Virus record (IMG/VR): IMGVR_UViG_3300006620_000021
DNA: 60,307 nt
Reading direction: 5' to 3' (one strand)
DNA from: an uncultured virus (IMG/VR IMGVR_UViG_3300006620_000021)
Lineage: Duplodnaviria; Heunggongvirae; Uroviricota; Caudoviricetes
Part shown: positions 10,570-20,840 of the stretch, in pieces
Position numbering within the stretch: position 1 is the first letter of the stretch
How the letters are laid out: the number at the start of each line of letters is the position of its first letter
The notes under the pieces: model-generated
What the model was told of the DNA's origin: nothing
Seen by the model: only the letters and a program-made list of their open reading frames with translations
The model's database searches: none
Program-made: the position numbers and the translations under genes

Positions 10570-13053
10570 TTACTCTACCCCCACAATTCCATAAATTTGC
10601 ATATTCATCAATCTTGATGATGTGGTAAGTGCAGTGTCAAATTCAGGAATATCTCTATCATTACCTGGATTGGTAGCTGAATTTCCTGTTGCACCCCTAC
10701 TGTTTTGTATTTGAGTAATGCTAACCTTTGATCCCGCAGGTGGTTCTGGAGGAGGTTCTCTATCAGCAAATGGAATTACCTGAATTGGAGTTGGTTTAGG
10801 TGCAGCTTTAGGTTTTTCTGTCACCGCACCAGTAAATGGTGCCGAAAATGAAGACGCAGGTAGAGTTGTTGGCGCTACCATATCTTCCTCCTGATCAGGT
10901 GCTTCTGGAGTAGGAGGAGCAGCAACAACCGCAGAACTCTTCATTCCACTAAAAGTAGATCCCAAATTAGAACCAGATCCATTTGAAGAATTTGGTGTTT
11001 GACTCATTGGATACTGCAGTTCTGGAGATAACTCTGCATAATTACTATTTCGTCGAACTGTTGGAGCTACAGTTGCCGCCCGCTCACGCATCTTAAATGC
11101 TCTAAATTCTAATAGTGCTTGGTCAGCACCAACTTCATTTATTCTCTCTTGAAGACCAAATCTTTTCTGTTGTTCTTCTTGTGCTGCTATTATATCAAGA
11201 GTGGGGATACTACCACCAAACTCTACACCAACCTGACCACCTTCTGCAGCTAACTGAAGTCCACTCATAAATTTAGGAACATTAGTCCCCCCACCAGCTT
11301 TATTCAAATCTAAGAACAACTGAGGACCAAATTTGTCAACTGCTTTTTTGGATATTACAACCTCTCCAGGTTGAGCAACAATCATCTGAGTGTCTTTACC
11401 ACCACCCCTTACGCGCTTACCACTAGACTGTGTGACTCTACCACCAGAAAGTGAACTTTTTCTTGGAACTTTACCACCACCAGCAAGACCAGGAGCATTT
11501 AAAGAAGGTAGTATACCTCTAGTAAATGTTTCCATGATACTACCAGGTTTTGATAGTTCATCCGCTTGCTGCTTTGGAGGAGCATCACTCAGACCTTTAT
11601 CTTCTAATTGCTGTTCAGTGCTATCCTTAGCTCTGAATGCCATAACACCAGCAGCAATGCCAGTACCGATTGCAGCAGCTGCAAGTGGATTCTTCGCAAT
11701 AAATCTCAAGAGCATCGGTATGCCCCGTTTTAACATAGTTAATGTAAGTTTTGCTATGGTCCCCATAACTGTTCTTACTAATAAACCAAGAGGTGTTGCA
11801 AATAATAAGAACCCTGCAAGTAACGCTGGCCACCAGTCTTTCACAAACTGTATGACACTATTCAGTTTACCCTGATTCTCAGGATTACCCAACCATTCAA
11901 TAAGTTTATATAATATCCTACCAAGGATAATTGTTTTCAGGAAGTCCATTATCCTCCCCAAAACATCAAACACTGGGGCGAGGACCTTTCTAGCGGCACT
12001 CATGGCCTTTTTGACTGCACCCTCTAACTTATTCTCTCTATTCTCTCTCTTATCTCTCTCAAATGCTTTGCGATTAGCACCAATCGCCTTCATTTTTTGC
12101 TTGAGAGAATCCTCAAGGATCTTTTGTATTGCCTCTACATTCTTACGAATTGCAGCAACGTTCTCTTCAAGAGATGCCTTTCTCTTCTTCCTTTTCTTCT
12201 TAGGTCCTTCTGCTGGAGGAAGTAATTTTTGTTCTGGTTCTGGAGAACCTGTAATAAAATTTTTAGCTGCCTTTACTGGAGATGGAGCTGCTGGATCAGA
12301 TCCTATATTTACCTTCTTCTGATTAATCCTAAATCTACCAACCTTTCTCTTTACTCTCTTAAATTCATTTGCTATTAATTCCGCTTCTTCAGTGCTAATC
12401 TTAGCACCTTTCATTCTGGCAGCAATACTCCACTCTTTTAGAAGAGAGATGTAAGTTGCATAATCAATATCTTCAATTACATCCAATCCTATCATTCTTA
12501 GGATTCTTTCATCAATCTCTTCATCACCAATTAAATCATCTTCCTTTACACCCTCATATATTGTGAGAGAAGTGGAGGGTTTTTTCTTCGGTTTTGTACT
12601 TGGAATGGATAAGAGATCGTCATCATCACCATATCCTTCAAACTCTCCCTCAGAAGTTACTTGAGGAGGTTCTTGATCTGAAGGTGTCTTTGGTTTTGGT
12701 GGTTCTGGTTTTTTCTGCTCTGGTACTTTAGGAGGTGCTTTTGGTTTTGGTGGTTCTTTCTTATTCTCAACATAATATTCCCAAAGGTACAGACAATATT
12801 CATTGAATGTAGTAAATTCAGCAATATTTTGAGGTGTTATAACAGATGGTGATGGATAATCTTTTTCAGATTTATCCCATGCTTTAAGAAATATACTTAC
12901 TACTCTATCATAATCAACGTCATATGCGTCACCAATAAGAATCTTAGACCGTTCCATATAACTGGAAACGGACTGTCTAAACCCATCTTTTTTCCTTACA
13001 AGACGAGAATATGGGATTATTTCGCTTAGATACTTTGGTAACTTATTAGCCAT
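10570..13053 (-). CDS. tape-measure-like / baseplate hub structural protein
   Basis: Coiled coils, hydrophobic helices, GGGKDTQMIVAQPGEVVISKKAV motif; directly downstream of gp51. Confidence 0.6.
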   Translation of the reverse strand: MANKLPKYLSEIIPYSRLVRKKDGFRQSVSSYMERSKILIGDAYDVDYDRVVSIFLKAWDKSEKDYPSPSVITPQNIAEFTTFNEYCLYLWEYYVENKKEPPKPKAPPKVPEQKKPEPPKPKTPSDQEPPQVTSEGEFEGYGDDDDLLSIPSTKPKKKPSTSLTIYEGVKEDDLIGDEEIDERILRMIGLDVIEDIDYATYISLLKEWSIAARMKGAKISTEEAELIANEFKRVKRKVGRFRINQKKVNIGSDPAAPSPVKAAKNFITGSPEPEQKLLPPAEGPKKKRKKRKASLEENVAAIRKNVEAIQKILEDSLKQKMKAIGANRKAFERDKRENRENKLEGAVKKAMSAARKVLAPVFDVLGRIMDFLKTIILGRILYKLIEWLGNPENQGKLNSVIQFVKDWWPALLAGFLLFATPLGLLVRTVMGTIAKLTLTMLKRGIPMLLRFIAKNPLAAAAIGTGIAAGVMAFRAKDSTEQQLEDKGLSDAPPKQQADELSKPGSIMETFTRGILPSLNAPGLAGGGKVPRKSSLSGGRVTQSSGKRVRGGGKDTQMIVAQPGEVVISKKAVDKFGPQLFLDLNKAGGGTNVPKFMSGLQLAAEGGQVGVEFGGSIPTLDIIAAQEEQQKRFGLQERINEVGADQALLEFRAFKMRERAATVAPTVRRNSNYAELSPELQYPMSQTPNSSNGSGSNLGSTFSGMKSSAVVAAPPTPEAPDQEEDMVAPTTLPASSFSAPFTGAVTEKPKAAPKPTPIQVIPFADREPPPEPPAGSKVSITQIQNSRGATGNSATNPGNDRDIPEFDTALTTSSRLMNMQIYGIVGVE

Positions 13054-13226
13054 TAGCTATTTGCTCGCTGTTGTTCAGCTTTAAGTTTTTCTTCTTCCAA
13101 ATGAGCTTTTAGTAGTGCAACATAGACTTCCCGCTCCCATGGAATTAGATTTTCAACTTCGGTTAATGAATATTTATGGTACTGTATTAACGCGAAGTTT
13201 AACTTATAGTAATTCTCCAAATCCAT
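13053..13226 (-). CDS. gp51: baseplate hub assembly catalyst gp51 (57 aa, not in ORF track)
   Basis: Manual translation MDLENYYKLNFALIQYHKYSLTEVENLIPWEREVYVALLKAHLEEEKLKAEQQRANS; follows gp26. Confidence 0.88.
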   Translation of the reverse strand: MDLENYYKLNFALIQYHKYSLTEVENLIPWEREVYVALLKAHLEEEKLKAEQQRANS

Positions 13227-13237
13227 GTGAGAGAGGG

Positions 13238-13957
13238 CTATGCGAAAAAACTAGATAACCCCTCCAAAACAACAGTGCTTACAACACCAGTCTTTGGATT
13301 TTTGACCACTATCTCATGAGATAGTTTTGGCATGGTAGAGAAAAATTGCTCAATTTTTTTAAATTGAGAGGAATTCATCTGATCCAAAAATGCCTGTACT
13401 TCTTTTTTAGGAACATCTTCTACAGCCCAAGATTCCTCGGAAGTAAAGATTTGACTAATACATGAAGCAATCAAATTGAATGATTGTTCAACTCCAGCAT
13501 CGTTAGTGAAATCAAAATTTGTTTGAATAAATTGCTCTAATGATGGATACTTCATCTCCATCATGAGTTGATCATCAATTTTGATATTCTTTTCATGCTC
13601 TTCATTTTTGACGACTTTAATATCATCAATATTAATTGTAGTGGGAACATATGTTTCTTCGTCATCAGGACAAAGAACATTTACTTCCAATTCTTCACCA
13701 ACTGACTTACCTCTAATGTTTAAAAACAAATATTCAATATCAAAAGTTGGAAGACTCTCAACTTTGACTGACTCCGTTTTTATACAATTAGTAATTACAG
13801 ATTTAATTGCATTGGTTATCTGACGAGAATCTTCACTTTCTAAAGCAAGAACAAGTAATTTTTCTTCTCTAACTAAAAAGGGACGATACTGTACAGATTC
13901 TCCAGTTGATGGCAACTCAAGCTCATAGGTTGGAGTTGATATAGTAGGTAATGGCAT
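13238..13957 (-). CDS. gp26: baseplate hub subunit gp26
   Basis: MPLPTISTPTYELELPSTG...YRPFLVREEK...FDIEYLFLNIRGKSVGE...LEGLSSFF. Confidence 0.92.
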   Translation of the reverse strand: MPLPTISTPTYELELPSTGESVQYRPFLVREEKLLVLALESEDSRQITNAIKSVITNCIKTESVKVESLPTFDIEYLFLNIRGKSVGEELEVNVLCPDDEETYVPTTINIDDIKVVKNEEHEKNIKIDDQLMMEMKYPSLEQFIQTNFDFTNDAGVEQSFNLIASCISQIFTSEESWAVEDVPKKEVQAFLDQMNSSQFKKIEQFFSTMPKLSHEIVVKNPKTGVVSTVVLEGLSSFFA

Positions 13958-13979
13958 AGTTATTATAAGTTCATGTGGT

Positions 13980-13986
13980 TATTTAT
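13980..13986 (-). promoter_or_regulatory. late promoter core ATAAATA upstream of gp26
   Basis: Intergenic ATAAATA. Confidence 0.65.
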
Positions 13987-13988
13987 TG

Positions 13989-14810
13989 TCAATAGTTAAA
14001 GTTAAAATCAAATGGGACTTGGTTAGAAAGAAGTTCACTAAATCCTAAATTATTAAAACTTGCACTGTCATTAGTCATATTAAAAATTGATGTAGCATCA
14101 AAAGGACTAGGTTTTCCAAGGAATTGACTTTTAAGATCAATACCTAGATCATAATCTACATTGAATCCCCCAAGATTGGCAGCTGCTGCGGCAAAATCAG
14201 TTGTAGACTTTTCTTGACCGATAAAGTATCTAGTATATGTCATTGAAACAGTGGTCTTTAAAAGTTGAGAAGTATCATAAGATACTTGAATTGTATTCAT
14301 CGACTTGGGGAATGCGTCAACAAAATTATAAACCAAGACAGGATTTACTATTTCTTTACCGCTCCCAAGACTCTTCTCATATTTTACAATTTTAAAGTTA
14401 GTTTGATACTCACTTGGATATCTAGCTCTTTGATGTATCTTTCCTTGCATCTGTTGATCATTATACAGATCCTCACCAACGATCCACTTCATCCAATAAT
14501 CAAAGAATCTAATCTGAAGATAGTTACTATCTAAAGTAACTAAGAATGTCAGATCTATAGTTTCATCATATAGTCTAGCATATGCATGTCGTTCAACAAC
14601 ACCCATATAATCTCTACTCGTCTCAACAGTAGCGAGACTAGAACCTGGCAATGCTGCCTCTATGCAGGTGAGTTCAAACAACTCTCTATCCTGCTGCATA
14701 CCGAAGGAAGGTTGGTTCATCAAAACAGAATATACTGATGTCTGAGCAGGATTCAAGATCCTACTCTTCAGTTTACTCATTGGAACGCCTGGAGTTATTC
14801 CTAAGGACAT
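13989..14810 (-). CDS. gp54: tail tube-like / baseplate-tail tube initiator (gp54-like)
   Basis: C.EA.LPGSSLAT, FFDYWM and Y.F.DAFPKS tube-fold motifs; synteny. Confidence 0.7.
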   Translation of the reverse strand: MSLGITPGVPMSKLKSRILNPAQTSVYSVLMNQPSFGMQQDRELFELTCIEAALPGSSLATVETSRDYMGVVERHAYARLYDETIDLTFLVTLDSNYLQIRFFDYWMKWIVGEDLYNDQQMQGKIHQRARYPSEYQTNFKIVKYEKSLGSGKEIVNPVLVYNFVDAFPKSMNTIQVSYDTSQLLKTTVSMTYTRYFIGQEKSTTDFAAAAANLGGFNVDYDLGIDLKSQFLGKPSPFDATSIFNMTNDSASFNNLGFSELLSNQVPFDFNFNY

Positions 14811-14853
14811 CTAAATAAAGATATTAAGTCTATATTATATGTAGCCAACTTTT

Positions 14854-15297
14854 ATGAAGGAAAGTATTAAAAGTAGATACCGTCCATCGTATCCTAAAAA
14901 ATATAAAGGCAATCCCAATAATATAATTTGCCGAAGTAGTTGGGAACGTAAGTTTTGTTCTTGGTGTGATTTGAATGAGAATATAGTTGAGTGGGCAAGT
15001 GAAGAATTTTGTATACCTTACATATCACCAATTGACGGGAGAGTTCACCGATACTTTCCAGACTTTTTAATAAAAGTACAAGAGAAAAATGGATCTACAA
15101 AGACATACGTTATAGAAGTAAAACCCAAAAAACAAACTGTGCCACCAAAAAGAAAGTCCAAAGTAACAAAATCATTCATATACGAAGCAAAAACATATGA
15201 AGTCAATAAAGCAAAATGGAAGGCAGCAGAAGAATGGTGTAAAGATAGAAGACTAGAATTTAAAATCGTTACTGAAGACGAATTAGGTATCAAGTAA
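14854..15297 (+). CDS. gp4: head completion protein gp4 (TnsA-like endonuclease fold)
   Basis: PKKYKGNPNNIICRSSWERKF, WASEE, HRYFPDF, IEVKP, VNKAKW. Confidence 0.92.
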   Translation: MKESIKSRYRPSYPKKYKGNPNNIICRSSWERKFCSWCDLNENIVEWASEEFCIPYISPIDGRVHRYFPDFLIKVQEKNGSTKTYVIEVKPKKQTVPPKRKSKVTKSFIYEAKTYEVNKAKWKAAEEWCKDRRLEFKIVTEDELGIK

Positions 15298-15935
15298 TGT
15301 CAAATCAAACTGTATTTGAAGAATTAAGAGAGCGTGTTGACCTAGAAGCAGGTAAATCACCATTCTTTTATAGAAGAGCATTTAGAAGTCTGACTCGCAG
15401 TTATATGCGTCGTCCTGGCAAATTCATTATTGATGAACGTGCAGATTCTAAAGATCCAATAGAAGAAAGAGATCAAAATCTCATAAGAAGAATACCAAAG
15501 CAGGGACATCTTTTTATGTTTGAATATACTTCAGAAAAAGAGACCGTAAAGATATTCGATCCGTTTCCATTAGCATATGTAATTAAGTTTGATGGTCGAA
15601 CATTCGATGCATGCAATTTACACTTAATACACCCAATAAGAAGAAAATATGTTGTAGAAAATTTAAAGCGTGACAAACTCACATTACCATACAATTCCAT
15701 ATCTAAATATAACATAAGTCAAATTAGAGGATTATTGCTAGATATAGCAATTAATGAGTGGGATACTGCATCTATGCTACCTGTTGAAGACTTCGTATCA
15801 ATCAAAGAAGGTAAACCTAGCAGTTTAAGTGCTAAGGATATCTGGAAAACAAATAATAGATCATTTAGAAAAATGTTGCGTGGAGCAAGGATCTATAAAG
15901 GATACGGCAAACATGATTCAAACTTTAAAGGTTAA
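15297..15935 (+). CDS. gp2: DNA end protector protein gp2-like
   Basis: GHLFMFEY...FDPFPL...NLH...W.TA..LPVEDF; adjacent to gp4. Confidence 0.7.
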   Translation: MSNQTVFEELRERVDLEAGKSPFFYRRAFRSLTRSYMRRPGKFIIDERADSKDPIEERDQNLIRRIPKQGHLFMFEYTSEKETVKIFDPFPLAYVIKFDGRTFDACNLHLIHPIRRKYVVENLKRDKLTLPYNSISKYNISQIRGLLLDIAINEWDTASMLPVEDFVSIKEGKPSSLSAKDIWKTNNRSFRKMLRGARIYKGYGKHDSNFKG

Positions 15936-15940
15936 ATAAA

Positions 15941-17410
15941 ATGGCAGAACCCGCCCGCGTCTTTAGAAAAGCAGAATTCTTTTCAGGTCTTAGACAGGCT
16001 GATGTAACGAATAGAGACAATGAAGTTTACATATCACCACCCAATCAGATTGTAGTTAAGACTGGAACTGAAGGTTCACAAACTACAGAGAGTGTGCAAT
16101 ATGTAACATTGCACGACCCTGCAACCAATGAAACTCTAATATACGAGAAAACCTATGTTCTCGGATCACAACAAAAGCTAGATCCTGACAAATTAATTGC
16201 AACAAGAAATGCGGATGGCACATATGAACCATCGGCATATGCTTCTGGAGATGATTTTAATTCAAATATTGCAGACGCCATAATAAACAATCCCGATACT
16301 CTCTCTAGTCTAGAGGCGCAAAGAAAATATACCATTCAAAGTGCATTGGAAGTCAAAAATGGCAAAACTCCAACTGCTGCAGAACTTGCAACAGCACTAG
16401 GAACAACCACAGAAGAAGAAGCAGACGAAGTTGATGAAGATGATCTGGATCGTCGTACTGGTGGGGACGATGATGATAATACTTCAGATGATGACAATGA
16501 TGGTAGCGTTACACCACAACAACAACCCAACGATCTATCTGGTACAAATGGATCAATTGTTGGTAACACATCCAGTCAAGCAGAGTTAACATCGGATGTA
16601 GTCTATCCAACTGCGAGAGCAGAATCGATGACCAGTGACTACATAAGATTTTCTTCTTTAGAATATAAACCAAGAACGTATTCTCAAGGAACTTTTAGTT
16701 TTGGATCAGCAAAAAATCAAAAAATAGGAAAGTCTGTATATCTACCCATTCAAGGTAGTATAACAGATTCAAATGGTGTTGGATGGAATGAAGATACAAT
16801 AACTCCTATGCAAATTGCTGGTGCTCAATTTGCGGGTGAGTTCATGGAAAATGGACCTGCGAAAGCAATTAACGCACTTCAAGGGCAACTTGGAAAAGTA
16901 AGCGGTTTTAGTGCAGAAGCTCAAAAGTATGTTGTTAAAGCAGCAACAGAAGCTGCAATTGGTGCGAATATCTTTCCAAGAACAGAACGTGCTATTTTTA
17001 ACCCTAACGTAGAGTTATTGTTCAATGGTCCTCAACTCAGAGCGTTTACATTCCAATTTAAGTTAACTCCAAGAAGTGCAGATGAAGATAGGAATGTAAA
17101 GCAAATTATTAAATTCTTTAAAATAAATATGTCAGCGAAGACAACTCAATCTGAGTTGTTTTTAAAAGCACCCAACGTATTCCGAATAGAATACTTGTAC
17201 AGAGACGGAGCTCACCCTGGCATAAATCTTATTAAAGATTGTGCCCTACAAAATTTCTCAGTAGATTATACTCCAGATGGCACTTACATGACATTACCTA
17301 ATGGTGGTATGTTCTCATACGCCCTTACAATGTCATTCATGGAACTTCTGCCAATTTACTCCACAGATTATGATGAAGGCGAAGCCGCAAATCACCCAAT
17401 CGGATATTAA
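15941..17410 (+). CDS. gp48: baseplate tail tube cap gp48
   Basis: VYLPIQ..ITDSN.V.W, NPNVELLFNGPQLRAFTFQF, CALQNFSVDYTPDG, MSFMEL. Confidence 0.9.
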   Translation: MAEPARVFRKAEFFSGLRQADVTNRDNEVYISPPNQIVVKTGTEGSQTTESVQYVTLHDPATNETLIYEKTYVLGSQQKLDPDKLIATRNADGTYEPSAYASGDDFNSNIADAIINNPDTLSSLEAQRKYTIQSALEVKNGKTPTAAELATALGTTTEEEADEVDEDDLDRRTGGDDDDNTSDDDNDGSVTPQQQPNDLSGTNGSIVGNTSSQAELTSDVVYPTARAESMTSDYIRFSSLEYKPRTYSQGTFSFGSAKNQKIGKSVYLPIQGSITDSNGVGWNEDTITPMQIAGAQFAGEFMENGPAKAINALQGQLGKVSGFSAEAQKYVVKAATEAAIGANIFPRTERAIFNPNVELLFNGPQLRAFTFQFKLTPRSADEDRNVKQIIKFFKINMSAKTTQSELFLKAPNVFRIEYLYRDGAHPGINLIKDCALQNFSVDYTPDGTYMTLPNGGMFSYALTMSFMELLPIYSTDYDEGEAANHPIGY

Positions 17411-17413
17411 ACA

Positions 17414-19792
17414 ATGGCAAATTATTTCAGTCATATACCTTTTTTAGCATACGTCTCTAGAGATCAAGAGAGAAACTCTCTTAATGACTATACTGTCGTT
17501 AAGAATCTTTTTAAGCGTGGCAAAATCCGTGCGGACATTTTTCAAAATGTAAGTTACTTTACTAAGTATCAGATTGTAGGTGATGAGAGACCTGATCAAG
17601 TTGCTGACAAAATTTATGGTGATCCAACATTAGATTGGGTAGTTTTACTAGCAAATAATATTCAAAACATTTATGATGAATGGCCAAAGTCTCAAGTCGC
17701 CTTTGATAAGCATATGCTTCAAAAATATGGATCATATGAAAAATTATATTCAACTCATCACTACGAGACTCTAAAGAAAACAACAGAAGATGGTCATATT
17801 ATTGTAGAATCTGGTATTGAAGTTAATGAAGGATTCTTCAAAGCTCCAGAGTATGATATAGAGAGAGATCAAAGTATTATTCTTCCCAGTGAAATTGAAG
17901 GTGTATTTGCAACGGCAACGGCATCGGTAAATCAACAGTCAGGACAACTTACATCACTTCTATTAGCTAACGTTGGAGCTGGATACACTGAAACTGCAAC
18001 AGTTGAGATTGATCCTCCACCAACTCCAAGGGTTGGTATAATTACTGTATCCTTAAATCCACCGCCAGATGATAGGGAAGTTGGTCCATTTACAGTCGTT
18101 GATACTGGTCAGGGATACACATATCAACCCTTAGTAACGTTCAGCGATCCACCACCAACAATTCCACCACAATTAGAAGCAGTCATTGGTGCTGGTGGAT
18201 CCATTGCAAGTGTTGGTATTACATCCGCTGGTGATGGTTATACATTTACACCTATAATTACCTTCCCACCACCACCAAATATTATTGAAAGTGCAATATT
18301 TGAATCTGCTTCACCATTCACAATGGAGAGTGGATTTGAAGGTATGTTTTTGGATGCTCTTGGCAAACAGTTATTTACTGCTCATGGAGCAAACTCATAT
18401 ACTGTTGGTAAGATTCAAAAGTATGAGATGTCAACATCTCATGATATGTCAACAGGTAGTCTTGCACAAGAATTAACATTAAACATAAATTCACTAACAT
18501 TTCAATACGCTACATGCGTTGAATTTAAACCTGATGGTTCAAGAATGTATGTCAGTGGTTTAACAAACTCGGGCAATAAAGTAGCACAATATGACTTATC
18601 AACTCCATGGGATCTTAGCACTGCGACTTTAGATGTCTCTATAAGTATGCCAGCAGTATCTTCTGTAAGACTACAAGATACAGGTGAGCACATGTTCATC
18701 TTAGATGTTACTGATCCAGATACTATTAAAAAATATGAGATGGTTACACCATGGGATATTGGATCAATGTTCCCATTACCAGTACAAACTCAGAACCTAA
18801 CAGTAATTACTCAACCATCAGAGTCATCCATTCGTGGATTATCATTCAAGGATGATGGATCTAAAATGTACGTCGCTGGAACAGACAATAACTCCCTATT
18901 TGTAATTACCTTAGGAACTAAATGGGATTTAAATACTCTAACACTTTTGGGAGTCTTGAACGTACAAAATGCCAGTGGTGACTCAACACCTTTAGATACA
19001 TATACCAATTTTACAGAAACTTTATTCTTTATTGGTGGTAGTATCAATAGAAAAGTATATACCTATAATACTGACGTTACTGCCGCTGCAACAGCAACTG
19101 TTGGTATTGGCACCAGGGCAGAGACTATTGTTAATGTGACTGTCACAAAACCAGGTTCTGGATACACAACCACACCATTACCAACAATTCAGATACAACC
19201 ACCCATTCCACACAGAACAGCAAAGGGATATGTAACTATTGATAAAGGTTCTGTTGCCAATCTTGTGATGCAAGATCGTGGGTATAACTACAGAACACCA
19301 CCAACGGTAACAATACAAGAACCTCTCTTCCCAATTACAGCAGAAGGATTTGCAAAAGTAGAGGATGGAGAAATTAAAGAACTTAGTCTCCTAAATCCTG
19401 GAAGAGGATACTCAGCAATTCCAAATATAAAATTTAGCAAACCAGGTCCTCTATACACTCCAGCACCTAATGAAGTTTTTGAGAAAGGGGGACAAGAATG
19501 GAAGTTTGATGGATATAACTGGAGAAGAAGACTTAGTTATGGAACTGTTTTCTATGACAACACAACCAACGCATTGGTAGAAATTCCAGGAAAACTTGCA
19601 TCCCAATCAATATCAAACTACACGTATGAAGAACGTTTAGAGAACCAGAAGAGAAGTATTTTTATACTCAAACCAGAACTACTATCAATAATATTCAATG
19701 ATATGGATAACATCATGCCATACAAAAAAGGTTCTGGACAGTATGTGTCCGAGAACCTTAAGAGAGGGGATAACCCCAGAATGTATGACTAA
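17414..19792 (+). CDS. gp53: baseplate wedge subunit gp53 with large internal insertion
   Basis: N-terminal YF...VKNLFKRGKIR...GDERPDQVA...WVVLLANNI...EWP and C-terminal SNYTYEERLENQKRSIFILKP. Confidence 0.88.
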   Translation: MANYFSHIPFLAYVSRDQERNSLNDYTVVKNLFKRGKIRADIFQNVSYFTKYQIVGDERPDQVADKIYGDPTLDWVVLLANNIQNIYDEWPKSQVAFDKHMLQKYGSYEKLYSTHHYETLKKTTEDGHIIVESGIEVNEGFFKAPEYDIERDQSIILPSEIEGVFATATASVNQQSGQLTSLLLANVGAGYTETATVEIDPPPTPRVGIITVSLNPPPDDREVGPFTVVDTGQGYTYQPLVTFSDPPPTIPPQLEAVIGAGGSIASVGITSAGDGYTFTPIITFPPPPNIIESAIFESASPFTMESGFEGMFLDALGKQLFTAHGANSYTVGKIQKYEMSTSHDMSTGSLAQELTLNINSLTFQYATCVEFKPDGSRMYVSGLTNSGNKVAQYDLSTPWDLSTATLDVSISMPAVSSVRLQDTGEHMFILDVTDPDTIKKYEMVTPWDIGSMFPLPVQTQNLTVITQPSESSIRGLSFKDDGSKMYVAGTDNNSLFVITLGTKWDLNTLTLLGVLNVQNASGDSTPLDTYTNFTETLFFIGGSINRKVYTYNTDVTAAATATVGIGTRAETIVNVTVTKPGSGYTTTPLPTIQIQPPIPHRTAKGYVTIDKGSVANLVMQDRGYNYRTPPTVTIQEPLFPITAEGFAKVEDGEIKELSLLNPGRGYSAIPNIKFSKPGPLYTPAPNEVFEKGGQEWKFDGYNWRRRLSYGTVFYDNTTNALVEIPGKLASQSISNYTYEERLENQKRSIFILKPELLSIIFNDMDNIMPYKKGSGQYVSENLKRGDNPRMYD
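19724..19759 (-). terminator. intrinsic terminator for gene 32, inside the 3' end of gp53
   Basis: - strand AAGGTTCT(C)GGACA-CATAC-TGTCCAGAACCTT followed by a T run. Confidence 0.65.
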
Positions 19793-19798
19793 TTCACA

Positions 19799-20770
19799 TC
19801 AACTTTCAGCAAGTTTCTGAAAGTAACTCATGGGATCATCATCATCGCTAGATGATGATTTTGCCATAATATCAGGATCATTAAACCCACCAGATGGGGG
19901 AAGATCACTGAGTTGCTGCTTCAATTCAGAAGGCAGCTCAGACTCCTGTTGGCGATTGCCAAAACTAGGAGTAAAATTACCACGCATATTATCCTCGTTC
20001 TCAACCTCTTCATCCTGAGGACGAGCCTTGCCCTTACGACCAAGAACATAGTCCAGACGAGTCTGAAGTTGTTCATATGTCTTGAACTGATCTTCAGCGG
20101 TCATTGCTGCGAGAGAATACTCCTTCTTCCAAAGTGCTTCAAGAGCATCATCATCGTCCAGCAGGACAGCAGTATTATCAAATTCAGACTTATCATAGTT
20201 CCAATAACCATCAACCTTACGAATCTTCAGTTTGAAGTTCGCACCTTGCCAAAAGTCAAAGGGGTTGATAGGACTCTCATCCTCAAACTCAGGTTGCATG
20301 GCTGCCATGATCTTGTCAAAGATCTTCTTGCCAAACTTAAACAGGAAGACCTGTCCTTCGTTATGGGGATTAGTGGGATCCTTTACAACATAGATATTGC
20401 TGTAATAGGACAGTTTGCGTTTTTGCTTGCGTACAATCTCTTTATCCTTATCATTGCCACTGTTCCATAGAGTACGATTATACTCAGACACAGGATCCTT
20501 TTGACCAAGAGTGGTCAAAGAATTTTCAATGTACCAACCGCCAGGACCCTGGAATCCATGGGAGTACATCTTTACCCAAGGAAGATCTTCGCCGTCAGGG
20601 GCAGGAAGGAATCGAATAACGGCATAACCATTACCCGTTTTGTCCATTTCTGGTTTCCAGAGACGATCATCACCGCCACTAGAGTTGTTGTTCATCTTCT
20701 CAACCTCTTTGACCAGTTTAGAAGTCAAAGAACCAAGAGATGATTGTTTTTTGAGATTTGCAAAAGACAT
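19799..20770 (-). CDS. gp32: single-stranded DNA-binding protein gp32
   Basis: DDRLWKPEMDKTGNGYAVIRFLPAP, WYIENSLTT, FDFWQGANFKLK, acidic tail. Confidence 0.97.
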   Translation of the reverse strand: MSFANLKKQSSLGSLTSKLVKEVEKMNNNSSGGDDRLWKPEMDKTGNGYAVIRFLPAPDGEDLPWVKMYSHGFQGPGGWYIENSLTTLGQKDPVSEYNRTLWNSGNDKDKEIVRKQKRKLSYYSNIYVVKDPTNPHNEGQVFLFKFGKKIFDKIMAAMQPEFEDESPINPFDFWQGANFKLKIRKVDGYWNYDKSEFDNTAVLLDDDDALEALWKKEYSLAAMTAEDQFKTYEQLQTRLDYVLGRKGKARPQDEEVENEDNMRGNFTPSFGNRQQESELPSELKQQLSDLPPSGGFNDPDIMAKSSSSDDDDPMSYFQKLAES

Positions 20771-20840
20771 TCGGATTACCTCGTATTTGTTGTATTCGGC
20801 TTGTGTGTACCCTTAGGGCACTTGCGGCGAGTACGGAACC

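Noticed and set aside
14854..15297. TnsA-like motif suggesting a transposon
   Set aside because: This is the core head completion gene gp4; no transposon ends or partner genes
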